64,000 nucleotides of DNA from Gemmatimonadota bacterium (GTDB taxonomy: Bacteria; Gemmatimonadota; Gemmatimonadetes; Gemmatimonadales; Gemmatimonadaceae). Below the pieces are notes generated by a model. It had not been told where the DNA came from. It ran no database searches and saw nothing but the letters and a program-made list of their open reading frames with translations. The stretch lies in the NCBI GenBank assembly GCA_947463135.1, contig CANHTA010000001.1:44332-108331 (forward strand), read 5' to 3'. Within the stretch, counting starts at the first letter, position 1, and each line of letters starts with the position of its first letter. Below, in pieces: positions 37,605 to 46,796 of this stretch. A program made the position numbers and the translations under genes.

Positions 37605-37633
37605 ATGGTAGGGTCCCGAGGGCCTGAGGGCAA
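37605..37633 (-). promoter_or_regulatory. sigma70-type promoter for the small transcript
   Basis: TTGCCC (37633-37628), 17-nt spacer, TACCAT (37610-37605) on the minus strand. Confidence 0.55.
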
Positions 37634-37722
37634 GCGGGAAATGCGGGAAGAATCTCCGCGGCATACGTTTCAGTCACCCAGTTCCGCGCTGGATTTTCCC
37701 GGTTCCCCTCAAGAGCTCGGCT

Positions 37723-39936
37723 ATGCCCATCCCCTCTTCTCGCCACCGACTGCGCCCCTTGGCGGCCTGCACGGCCCTCCTGGCGGCTGCGACAGGTCCC
37801 GTTGTGCCAGCCTCCCTCGCCGCGCAGGCGTCGATGACCATGCCGGCAGCGTCCACGCCGCCGAAGGCGCCGCGCGCCATGGTGCTCTCCGATTGGTATC
37901 GCCTCACCACCGTGAGCAGTCCCGCCGTGTCGCCCGACGGCAAGCGGGTGGCGATGACGGTGACCAAGGCGGTTGATGCAGAGAACAAGCGCCACAGTGA
38001 GATCTGGGTGGTGAATACCGCCGGTGGCGCGCCGCAACGCTGGACGTCCCCAAGCACGGAAAGCAGCAATCCGCGCTGGTCGCCCGACGGCCGGTACCTC
38101 TTCTTCACCTCGCCGCGCCCCGGCGGAAAGGGGAATACGTGGGCCATCCGCTTGGACGAGCCGAGTGGCGAAGCCGTCCAGGTGGCGAGCTACCCGAACG
38201 GGTCCATGCCGTCTGATGGTGCGTTTGCGGTTTTCACTGATCCGGCCCCCCGCGACACCGCGACCGGCGCCAGCAGTACGCCGTTTGCCCGCATGCAGCC
38301 CATGGCCAAACCACCCTTCGCGGCACTTACCCGTCCCGTGGAGCCGGCCCGCTTTGATGGGCGCCACGTGACAGACATGTCGTACAAGGTGAACGGCGTC
38401 GGCTTTGTCCCGGGACGTGCCGAGGCGCGCAGTTGGCGCCCGGCGCAGCTGTGGCGGCAGCCGGTTGGCGATACGGCCAAGCGTCAGCTCACCGCCACAG
38501 CGTATTCCCACCGCTCACCGGAGGTCTCACCCGACGGCAAGTGGATTGCGTTCATTGCCGACGCGCGCCTCCGTGCGGATTCCGTGGTGGATCTCGAGCG
38601 CGACTCGCTCGCCACGTTGCCGTATGACAAGGTTCGCGATGAAGCCGATCGGAACGACACCGATCTCTACGTGGTGGCGAGCACCGGCGGTACGCCGCGC
38701 AAGGTGAGCGACTGGATGGGCGCCGAGTCGGACATCACCTGGTCGCCCGACAGCAAGCAGCTGGCGTTCGTGGGCCGTCCGTCACGCACGAAGTCGGCCC
38801 GGATCTATGTTGTGGACATGGCCGGCGGGACGCCGCGCAATCTCCTCGGCGACTGGCAGTTCGAGCCGGGTTCGCTCGCATGGCTCACCACGGGGCACCT
38901 CCAGTTCGCCGCGGACATTGGTGGACGCACGGCGATTCTGCGCGCCGACCTCACCGGCAAGAGTGCGCCGAAGGAATTGGTCGGCGGCCGTCGTCAGCTG
39001 CGTGGCGCGAGCTACGACGCTGCGGCCAAGGTGATGGCGTATACGTCGACGTCGATGACGAAGCCCACGGAGCTGTTCGTGGCCACGGCCGACGGCATGG
39101 GGGAGCGTCAACTCACGCACTTCAATGACGACGTGAACAAGGACGTGGCGTGGAGTGATGCCGAGCGCTTCACGTACAAGAGCGTCGGGAATCTGGAAAT
39201 CGAAGGGTGGTTGATGAAGCCCTACGGATACACGCCGGGCAAGAAGTATCCCATGGTGATCTACATTCACGGTGGGCCGCACTCGGCGTATGGGGAAGGC
39301 TGGTTTGACGAATTCCAGAATCTCGCTGCGCAAGGCATGTTCGTGCTGTTCACCAATCCGCGTGGGTCGAGCGGCTATGGCGCCGACTTCACCTACAGCA
39401 CGCGTGGACGCTGGGGCATGGAAGACTACGACGACCTCATGAAGGCCGTCGATATCGTTGCTGCGCGTCCCGACGTGGACAGCACGAAGATGGGAGCAAC
39501 CGGTGGGTCGTACGGCGGCTTCATGACCACGTGGATTGCCACCAAAACCGATCGCTTCAAGGCCATCCAGACCGATCGGACCATCACGGACTGGACCTAT
39601 TGGTATGGCAGCAGCGACGCGCAGGGGCTCACGGAATTTGAGTTCTACGGCAAGCCGTGGGACAATCAGGCGTTGTACGACACGCTGTCGCCGATCCGCT
39701 ATGTGCAGAAGGTGAAGACGCCGATGTTGCTGGTGCAGAGTGAAGAAGATCACCGCACGCCAATGGGGAGTGCGGAGATCTGGTTCATGTCACTCAAGAA
39801 ACAGGGCGTGCCGGTGGAGATGGTGCGGTACCCGCGCTCCAATCATGATCTCTCCCGTACCGGCGAGCCGTGGTTGCTGGTTGATCGGTTGGGGCGGATC
39901 CGCCAGTGGTTCGCGTACTGGCTGCAGGGGATGTAA
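37723..39936 (+). CDS. S9 family peptidase (acylaminoacyl/dipeptidyl peptidase)
   Basis: Signal peptide and SPDGK propeller repeats. Motifs YIHGGPH, NPRGSSGYG, GGSYGG, EEDHRTP and SNHDL. Confidence 0.92.
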   Translation: MPIPSSRHRLRPLAACTALLAAATGPVVPASLAAQASMTMPAASTPPKAPRAMVLSDWYRLTTVSSPAVSPDGKRVAMTVTKAVDAENKRHSEIWVVNTAGGAPQRWTSPSTESSNPRWSPDGRYLFFTSPRPGGKGNTWAIRLDEPSGEAVQVASYPNGSMPSDGAFAVFTDPAPRDTATGASSTPFARMQPMAKPPFAALTRPVEPARFDGRHVTDMSYKVNGVGFVPGRAEARSWRPAQLWRQPVGDTAKRQLTATAYSHRSPEVSPDGKWIAFIADARLRADSVVDLERDSLATLPYDKVRDEADRNDTDLYVVASTGGTPRKVSDWMGAESDITWSPDSKQLAFVGRPSRTKSARIYVVDMAGGTPRNLLGDWQFEPGSLAWLTTGHLQFAADIGGRTAILRADLTGKSAPKELVGGRRQLRGASYDAAAKVMAYTSTSMTKPTELFVATADGMGERQLTHFNDDVNKDVAWSDAERFTYKSVGNLEIEGWLMKPYGYTPGKKYPMVIYIHGGPHSAYGEGWFDEFQNLAAQGMFVLFTNPRGSSGYGADFTYSTRGRWGMEDYDDLMKAVDIVAARPDVDSTKMGATGGSYGGFMTTWIATKTDRFKAIQTDRTITDWTYWYGSSDAQGLTEFEFYGKPWDNQALYDTLSPIRYVQKVKTPMLLVQSEEDHRTPMGSAEIWFMSLKKQGVPVEMVRYPRSNHDLSRTGEPWLLVDRLGRIRQWFAYWLQGM

Positions 39937-39939
39937 AGG

Positions 39940-40056
39940 GCCAAATGCTTAGGGAGCAGGGTGGAGGATGTCAGGGCGGAGGAGGCAGAGAAGCACGCGC
40001 TGCTTTCCTGCGCACTCCATCCTGATACCCTCCTCCCTGCTCACTAAGCCGTTGGC
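39940..40056. repeat. ~117-bp intergenic palindromic element, copy A
   Basis: Imperfect long inverted repeat gccaa..cttagggagcaggg..tcagg / cctga..ccctgctc.ctaagcc.ttggc, alignable with 48550-48665. Confidence 0.75.
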
Positions 40057-40065
40057 TGTTCAGTA

Positions 40066-40716
40066 TCACACCGCAAAGCAGTAGAACAAGCCGGCACCAC
40101 CCGACGCCTTCAGATTCTCCTGACCGCATCCACGCGAGGCATGCGCGGAGTTCCACGACGTCGGGTTGGTGCCACCGCCCTGTCGGTCATGATGACCCAC
40201 GAGGGCTGCGCCTTCACCACTGCTCGTCCAGTTCTTACACGTGCTGTCGCCGGCATCGGTTGACACGCGTCCATCCAGGGTAGAGCCGGTGATCACATCG
40301 TGCGTGTTCGGCGTGTCACCGCGACCGTTCACCACCGTGCCCTTTTCGGTCAGGCTGTTTTCCTTCGACAACTTGTTGTTGTCGCTGTGCAGGTCGTCCA
40401 CGCTCGTGGCCACCACCACGCCTTTGGCATTCTTCCACGGGCCTTTCCCAATGCGGTCGCGCGCATTCACGGCGGACTTCCCGTCCAGTGCCTGCTGACT
40501 GAGATACGCGTGCCAGGTTTTGCCGCGCACGCCAGCCGCTTCGGCGAGCGTGGCGCAGTGCTTGTCGGCGCCCTCGAGTCCACCGAGTGCCGCGCCATTG
40601 CCGGGGCCGACACTGGTGATGAAGAACGACATGTCCTGTTGCGGCGTGGGGCTCGTCGGCGCGGTGGTGGTGAGCAACGCGGTGGCGAGGGTGAGTGGGA
40701 GGCGGAAGACGAGCAT
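40066..40716 (-). CDS. secreted lectin-like (C-type lectin/endostatin-like fold) protein
   Basis: Signal peptide. Motifs FFITS, LGGLEGADKHC, WHAYLS, ARDRIG.GPW, HDVITGS, TC.NWTS and GLFYCFA. Confidence 0.6.
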   Translation of the reverse strand: MLVFRLPLTLATALLTTTAPTSPTPQQDMSFFITSVGPGNGAALGGLEGADKHCATLAEAAGVRGKTWHAYLSQQALDGKSAVNARDRIGKGPWKNAKGVVVATSVDDLHSDNNKLSKENSLTEKGTVVNGRGDTPNTHDVITGSTLDGRVSTDAGDSTCKNWTSSGEGAALVGHHDRQGGGTNPTSWNSAHASRGCGQENLKASGGAGLFYCFAV

Positions 40717-40750
40717 GGGGTGGCTCCGGGGGTTGGGGGGGATTGAGCCG

Positions 40751-43700
40751 TCACGGCCGCAGCACAACGGTCTCCGCCGTGCGCGCCTTCACCGCGGCCG
40801 GCGAATACGGCAACGGCGCATACGCTCCCCGGGCCCACGGCCCGAAGAGATTGCTGTAATACGGACTTCGTGGATCGCCACTCTGCCCCGGCGTGTTGGT
40901 GACCATGGCGCCGTCCCAGTTGGCGAGATCCATCACCACGCGAAAGCTGGCGCCGGCGGTCTGGTTGTCGCTGTTGCCGGTGGCGTTGAGGGTGTTGGCA
41001 TAGCCGCCGCGGGGCAGCGGTCCCGGTGACAGGCGCGCGCGCAGCGAGTCGGCGATCACCACGTCGAGCGGATGCGCGATGCGCGCGTGGTGCATCTTGG
41101 CGTCGCCGTAGCGCCAGTCGGCGATATCCTTGCCGAAGCGACGCGACAAATCCGACACCGCTTCGTTGAACGCGCGGAAGAGAATGAAATCGCGCGCCAC
41201 GGTGGGGTTTTCGCCCAGGAGCGAGTCCGGGTTCGTGAGCCACTCGATGGTCTGCGCCAGTGACACCGTGCGCAGCAGCGGACGCGCCGTGAGCGGCAGC
41301 ACGATGTCGGCCGTATGCGTGAGCAGCTTGCGCTCCCACGCCGCGTACACCGCCGCACCGCGCGAGTTCGCCGACAGCACACCATTCCACGCCAGCAACG
41401 TGTCGCGTGCCGCGATCGACGCGGCGTTGGTCAGCGCGATCTGCTTAATGAGCGGCACCAGCGCCCGCGCAGCCAGCGCCGTTTCGTCATGCTGCAGGGC
41501 CATCATCTGCGCGAGCGTCGCGCGGCGCGTGGTGTCGAGCACTTCCAGCAGGCGGTCGCGACGGAACGGCTCCGCCCAAGTGCGCGCCAGCGCGTTGGCG
41601 TTGGGGTACGACGCCTCCACGTTGAGCGCGTTGGCGGTGCCCACGTAGCCGCGCGACGGCGACGTCTCGTGCGGCAGCTGCGGAATGGGCAGGAAACCGC
41701 TCCACTCGAACCGTCCGTCACCCGGCACCGGTAGCAGGCCGTCCCAGTTCTTGCGGATCGGAGCGATGCCGGCGCTCTGCCACCCAATGGCCCCGCTGGT
41801 GTCGGCCCAGATCCAGTTCAGCGCCGGCATCCGCGCGAACGACAGCGCCGCGCGTGCCTCGCTCCACGTACGCGCCTGATCGAGACGCAAACTGGCGAGA
41901 TACGGGGCGCCACCGGGTTCCAGCCACGCGGCGCGCAATGCGACCGCCACGCGCTTCTCGCGGTCGATCATCAGCACGGGACCATGCCGCGTGTACTGCA
42001 GTGTGACCACCACGGGCGCCGTGGCGCCCTTCACGCGAATGGTGTCACGGATCTCGCGCAGGCGCTCGCTCGCTCCGCGATAGCGGTACGCCCGCGCGTC
42101 GTTCGCGTCGAGTTCGTACGTGTACAGGTCCTCGGCATCAATGCCGAAAATGGTCAGCCCCCACGCCGCGTGCTGGTTGTGCCCGATCGCTACGCCAGGA
42201 ATGGCCGGCTCACCGCCGCCGATCACGTCCCACCCCGGCGCCTTCAGATGCACCATGTAGCGCAACGATGGCGTGGCAATCGTGCGATGCGGGTCGTTCG
42301 CTACGATCGGCTTGCCGCTGGCGGTGCGTGACCCGGCAATGACCCAGTTGTTGCTCTCCCAGCGATCGAAGCTCGGTGTGCTGGTATCAGCCGCTGCCGC
42401 TGTGCGACGCAGCGACTCGGGGAGCTCGGCGGCGCGGAACGTCGGTGCCTGCTTGAAGTCGTTGTAGGCCGCCAGCATGCTCGCCCCCGGCGCGGCGTCG
42501 AGCGCGCGCGCCACCAGCGAGTCGAGCCCGAGGCGTACCGGCGAGAGTTCGTAGCGCCGGCGACGAGCAACGGCGTCCTCGCCGATCTCACGCACCGCAC
42601 GCGCGGTGGTTGGTTCGTCGGCCGCGTTCGAAGCCAGCGCGTTGTGCCGCGAGATCACCACCGCCGGCGTCCAGTGCTGCGGCGTGATCCCCAGCCACGT
42701 GAGTTCGGGCGGCATCAAGGCCGGATTGGCGCGCACCTGATCGACATACGCGTTCACCCCGTCCACAAACGCCCCGATGATCGAGGCGCCGCGCGGATGA
42801 TAGTGCGCCAGCTCGGTGGTCATCGAGCCGCGATAGCGCAGCAACCGCGACGCCCGATCACGCGACACCCAGCGCGGGCCCAGCACCTCCGCCATCGTAC
42901 CGGTTGCCTGTCGCCGCCACAGCTCCAGTTGAAAGAGCCGGTCGCGTGCCGCGCTGTAGCCCTGCGCGAAGAACAAGTCGTGCTCGTTCGCCGCCTCGAT
43001 GTGCACAATGCCCGCCGAGTCCCGCGCCAAGGTCACCGGCGCGCGCAGCCCCTTGGCGGTGATCGCTTGAGCCTGTAGCGCTGACGACCCGCTGAGCAAC
43101 AGCGCCAGCACGAGCATCGCCTGCACAGCCGTTCCCTTCAACGCACTCGCGAATTCACGCACAATGTCTCCGGCAGGTTTGATGTCATGAATGGCGTCCA
43201 CGCTGCGCCCAGCCTGCCAATAGTCCTGCGTAGCCCCATCCACGCTGGAGCGCTTGAGCTGCCGCAGCGAGCGCAGCGCATAAAAGGTGCGAATCCAGTG
43301 CTTCGTCTTTCGCCCCTTGAACAGCCAGCGGGACATCGGTCCCACCTTGGTGCCCAGCTTCTCCACGTAGGGGGTACGGATCACCGACACCGGGACGCCC
43401 GTGAGTCGTTCGGTGAGCACGATATCGCGGGAGTGCGCTTCTACGATGGCGTACTTGTAGGCGTCGTCGGAGTTGCATTCCGGCGTGGCAATAAAGCGGG
43501 TGCCCAGCTGCACACCGGCATAGCCCATCTCGATGAGCGCCTTGAACTGCGCGGGGGCACCCACGCCACCGGCCGCAACCACGGGGAGTCCGAGCACGCC
43601 AACCTCATCGAGGAGCGCGCGTGGGTCACGTGAGCCGGTGTGCCCGCCCGCCTCACGGTTCACCGCCACCAGACCGTCCACGCCGCCATCACGTCCTTTC

Positions 43701-44140
43701 TGCGCCCACTTCAACTCGGTGACGTCGTGGTACACCACGCCCCCTGCGGCATGAACGCGGTCGCACACCCACTTGGGGTTGCCCAGCGAAGTGAGAAAGA
43801 ACCGCACGCCTTCCTCGAGCGCAATGTCCACCCACTTGGTCATGCGGTTGTGATACGTTTTCGAGGAGGCCTCGATGAGCGCATTGAAGCCAATCGGCGC
43901 ACCGCCGCTCAACCGGTTGATGGTGCGCAACCCGTCGCGGAAGTCGTAGCCGTGTACGTAGGTGAGCGCGATGGGCTGTACGATGCCAAGCGCTCCCGCT
44001 GCGCTCACCGCCGCCACCAGCTCCGGGTTGCTGCACGGATACATCGGGCCGCAGATCAGCGGGACACGAATGTGGGCATGTCGCGTGAGCGCCGTGTCGA
44101 AGGCCGGTGTGTGCACCAGCGATGGGACCGCGTTGGTCAT
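40751..44140 (-). CDS. single ORF fusing a nitronate monooxygenase-like flavoprotein (N-term) to a penicillin acylase-family Ntn hydrolase (C-term)
   Basis: NMO motifs ICGPM, AVNREAGGH, VAAGG and VQLGTRFIAT.EC. Acylase motifs GIVHIEA..DLFFAQGY..ARDRLFQ, SNNWVIAG...ANDPH and PGQSG. No stop codon between the two parts. Confidence 0.85.
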   Translation of the reverse strand: MTNAVPSLVHTPAFDTALTRHAHIRVPLICGPMYPCSNPELVAAVSAAGALGIVQPIALTYVHGYDFRDGLRTINRLSGGAPIGFNALIEASSKTYHNRMTKWVDIALEEGVRFFLTSLGNPKWVCDRVHAAGGVVYHDVTELKWAQKGRDGGVDGLVAVNREAGGHTGSRDPRALLDEVGVLGLPVVAAGGVGAPAQFKALIEMGYAGVQLGTRFIATPECNSDDAYKYAIVEAHSRDIVLTERLTGVPVSVIRTPYVEKLGTKVGPMSRWLFKGRKTKHWIRTFYALRSLRQLKRSSVDGATQDYWQAGRSVDAIHDIKPAGDIVREFASALKGTAVQAMLVLALLLSGSSALQAQAITAKGLRAPVTLARDSAGIVHIEAANEHDLFFAQGYSAARDRLFQLELWRRQATGTMAEVLGPRWVSRDRASRLLRYRGSMTTELAHYHPRGASIIGAFVDGVNAYVDQVRANPALMPPELTWLGITPQHWTPAVVISRHNALASNAADEPTTARAVREIGEDAVARRRRYELSPVRLGLDSLVARALDAAPGASMLAAYNDFKQAPTFRAAELPESLRRTAAAADTSTPSFDRWESNNWVIAGSRTASGKPIVANDPHRTIATPSLRYMVHLKAPGWDVIGGGEPAIPGVAIGHNQHAAWGLTIFGIDAEDLYTYELDANDARAYRYRGASERLREIRDTIRVKGATAPVVVTLQYTRHGPVLMIDREKRVAVALRAAWLEPGGAPYLASLRLDQARTWSEARAALSFARMPALNWIWADTSGAIGWQSAGIAPIRKNWDGLLPVPGDGRFEWSGFLPIPQLPHETSPSRGYVGTANALNVEASYPNANALARTWAEPFRRDRLLEVLDTTRRATLAQMMALQHDETALAARALVPLIKQIALTNAASIAARDTLLAWNGVLSANSRGAAVYAAWERKLLTHTADIVLPLTARPLLRTVSLAQTIEWLTNPDSLLGENPTVARDFILFRAFNEAVSDLSRRFGKDIADWRYGDAKMHHARIAHPLDVVIADSLRARLSPGPLPRGGYANTLNATGNSDNQTAGASFRVVMDLANWDGAMVTNTPGQSGDPRSPYYSNLFGPWARGAYAPLPYSPAAVKARTAETVVLRP

Positions 44141-44643
44141 CGGGTGGTCTCGCGGGTAGGGTCGGGCGGGGAGAGGCGCCAGTGCACAAGGCACCGCGCC
44201 ACCACCTCGCCCTCGGCGTTCACGATGTCGGCCTGCACGTCATGCGTCATCGGTTCGGGTACCGCGCTCGGGGGCTGCGCCGTGGTGGTACACACCAACG
44301 TCCCGCGCGCCTTCTTGAGGTAGGAAATCGACAGGCCGGTGACGATACCACGCACCCCCGGAGGAAGCGCCGTGAGGAGCGCCACCCCGCTCGTCATTTC
44401 GGCCAGATTGACCAGCGCCACGGCGTGCACCGACGCGAGATGATTGCGCACCGCCCGCCGGTCTCGAAGCTCCACCCGGGCGAACCCGGCGCGCACCTCG
44501 GTATACACCCCGCCAACGGAACCGGTATAGGGCGCCGCTCGCCCCACCCCCCAGCTGAAGAGGCGTTTCCCGAAGGGGAGTCGAGAGAGACGATCCCACG
44601 TGCGCAGGATCTGGCGGCCCGGGGAGGGAGTGGCGCGAGGCAT
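44137..44643 (-). CDS. hotdog-fold PaaI/DUF4442 thioesterase
   Basis: Motifs APYTGS, NHLASVHAVALVNLAE and ISYLKKARG. Stop overlaps the NMO start. Confidence 0.85.
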   Translation of the reverse strand: MPRATPSPGRQILRTWDRLSRLPFGKRLFSWGVGRAAPYTGSVGGVYTEVRAGFARVELRDRRAVRNHLASVHAVALVNLAEMTSGVALLTALPPGVRGIVTGLSISYLKKARGTLVCTTTAQPPSAVPEPMTHDVQADIVNAEGEVVARCLVHWRLSPPDPTRETTR

Positions 44644-44935
44644 ACGGTTGGGAACGGCGGACGGGAACGAAGCGTAGCGTTACGGAGCGTGATGTAGCGT
44701 ACGTCGCCCGCCCCCAACCCGCCACCGCGGTGATATCTTGGGCGCTCGGTCGCGCTCTGGCCTGTACGGCGGGTTTTCTGCGTATTCTCTCTCGGTCTGC
44801 GATGTCCTCGGCCTCCTCTGTCCATGTCCGGAAGCAACACCTCCCGCGTGCTGAATCGCGTACCGCGATCCGTTGCGCTACCCCCTGGGGCCGCCGGTCG
44901 CGGCCGGCCACGGCGCATCCGGTGTGGCTCTTAAC

Positions 44936-46144
44936 ATGAACCTGTCTGGTACCTTTGCCCAAGCGGTTGGACTGGTTCTGCTGGTGCTGCAGCTTCCGCT
45001 GCTGTTGTTGCTGCTGGCCCGCTTGGCCCCGGGACGTACACGCCGGGCACCGATTGCCCCGCGGCTGACGCCGCGCACCGATACCACGGTGTCCGTTATC
45101 GTGGCGACGCTCAACGAGGCGTCACGCATCGGTCCGTGCTTGGATGGCTTGATGGCCCAGCTCGACCCCCTGTGTGAAGTGCTGGTGGTGGACAGTCGCT
45201 CCACCGATGGTACCCAAGCGCTGGTCGAGGCCGCTTCAGCGCGGGACCCCCGCATTCGGCTCATCACCGATGATCCGCTGCCGGACGGTTGGGTGGGGAA
45301 AGTGTGGGCCCTGGACACCGGATTACGGCACGCCCGGGGGGAATGGGTGCTTGGTATCGATGCCGATACCGTGCCTGCCCCTGGATTGATCGGCGCTGTG
45401 ATTGATGCCGTTGAACAGGACGGGTACGATGTCGCGTCGTTCTCGCCGCAATTCCGCGATCAGACGTCGGCGGAACGCGTCGTCCAACCGGCCATGTTGG
45501 TCACGCTGGTCTATCGCTGCGGAGCGGCCGGTGCAACTCAGCCACCGCCGGATCGCGTGCTGGCAAACGGACAGTGTTTTGTGGCGCGGCGCTCCCTGCT
45601 GCAGCAGCACGGTGGCTATGCGCCGGCGCGCGCCTCGTTTTGCGATGACGTGACCCTTGCGCGCCATCTCGCGGCGCACGGCGCGCGCGTAGGCTTTCTC
45701 GACGGCTCTCGGATTATTCAGGTGAGCGCCTATGTGTCGTTGGCACAGATGTGGCGCGAATGGGGGCGCAGCTTCGACCTGAAGGATGCCACCCCCATGT
45801 GGCGGCGCTGGCTCGATGTGGCGCTGGTGTGGGGCATGCAGGCGGTGCCGCTTCCCCTGTTCATCGGGCTTCTTTCGCTCTGGGTGTCGGCCACTCCGAT
45901 CGGTGCCGTCCCGCACCAGCCGCTGGTGCAGGCGTTGCTTCTGGTGAACGGCGTGGCACTGCTGGTGCGACTGATGATGCTCACGGCGCTCCGTGGCAGC
46001 TATGCCGTACGCGGCTGGCCGTTTTGGCTCTCCTTCCTCTCGGATATCGCGGCGGCGTGGCGTCTCACGCTGAGTACCGCGCGCACACCGACGCGGTGGC
46101 GGGGCCGCCAGTACGACACGTTGATAACGGACGGCGCGCGCTGA
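44936..46144 (+). CDS. GT2 glycosyltransferase, CruG-like (carotenoid 2'-O-glycosyltransferase)
   Basis: N-terminal TM ending LLLARL..G.TRRAP. Motifs VVDSRSTDGT, W.GK.WAL, IDADT, ANGQCF and DDVTLAR. C-terminal TMs and W.GR.Y. Confidence 0.65.
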   Translation: MNLSGTFAQAVGLVLLVLQLPLLLLLLARLAPGRTRRAPIAPRLTPRTDTTVSVIVATLNEASRIGPCLDGLMAQLDPLCEVLVVDSRSTDGTQALVEAASARDPRIRLITDDPLPDGWVGKVWALDTGLRHARGEWVLGIDADTVPAPGLIGAVIDAVEQDGYDVASFSPQFRDQTSAERVVQPAMLVTLVYRCGAAGATQPPPDRVLANGQCFVARRSLLQQHGGYAPARASFCDDVTLARHLAAHGARVGFLDGSRIIQVSAYVSLAQMWREWGRSFDLKDATPMWRRWLDVALVWGMQAVPLPLFIGLLSLWVSATPIGAVPHQPLVQALLLVNGVALLVRLMMLTALRGSYAVRGWPFWLSFLSDIAAAWRLTLSTARTPTRWRGRQYDTLITDGAR

Positions 46145-46165
46145 CGGAGTGACGGGGCATCCCCG

Positions 46166-46687
46166 TCAGCGGCGCGCGCTGAGCGCCTCGAGCATGGCGC
46201 GGGTAAAGGCCGGCAAATCTTTGGGCACGCGGGCGCTCACGATGTTGCCGTCCACCACGGCGGGCGCATCCACCCACTCGGCCCCCGCGTTGGTCAGGTC
46301 GTCCTTGATCCCCAGCGACGAGGTCATGCGCTTGCCGCGCACGATGCCGGCCGAAATGAGAATCCACGGGCCATGGCAGATCGTGCCGATCACCCCGCCG
46401 CGCGCGCACACGTCGCGCACGAGCGAGAGAACCGCAGGGTCACGCCGCAACTTGTCGGGGGCCCACCCGCCCGGCGCCACCAGGCCGCAGAGGGTGGCCG
46501 GATCCGTATCCGCCACCTGGCCATCCATCGTGGCCGGATAGCCCCATTTGCCATGGTAGTGCGACTCGCCATGACCAAGCAGCGGCGTGTGATAGCCCGC
46601 CTCTTCCAAGCGGAGTTTTGGATACCACACCTCGAGATCCTCGTACTCGGGCCCAACGAGAATGGCGATCGTGCCCAGTGATGACAT
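46166..46687 (-). CDS. PfpI/DJ-1 family protein (class I glutamine amidotransferase-like)
   Basis: Motifs YEDLEVWYP, PGGWAPDKLR, ICHGPW and SARVPKDLP.F. Confidence 0.9.
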   Translation of the reverse strand: MSSLGTIAILVGPEYEDLEVWYPKLRLEEAGYHTPLLGHGESHYHGKWGYPATMDGQVADTDPATLCGLVAPGGWAPDKLRRDPAVLSLVRDVCARGGVIGTICHGPWILISAGIVRGKRMTSSLGIKDDLTNAGAEWVDAPAVVDGNIVSARVPKDLPAFTRAMLEALSARR

Positions 46688-46796
46688 GGCGATGCTCCGT
46701 GACAGGACGGGACGGTGAAGGGCGGTCGGGCCAGCGAGCCGCCGCGTGATTGCGTAGAATGGGGCAGTTCTGAACTGTTCCCTTCTCGTACACCCC

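Noticed and set aside
37411-38511. 366-aa minus-strand ORF
   Set aside because: It is an antisense shadow of the S9 peptidase with Arg/Gly-rich composition. Only its last 21 codons have a credible RBS.
44394-44962. Minus-strand ORFs spanning the thioesterase-GT2 intergenic region
   Set aside because: They are Arg/Pro/Gly-rich, overlap real genes and show no domain signal.
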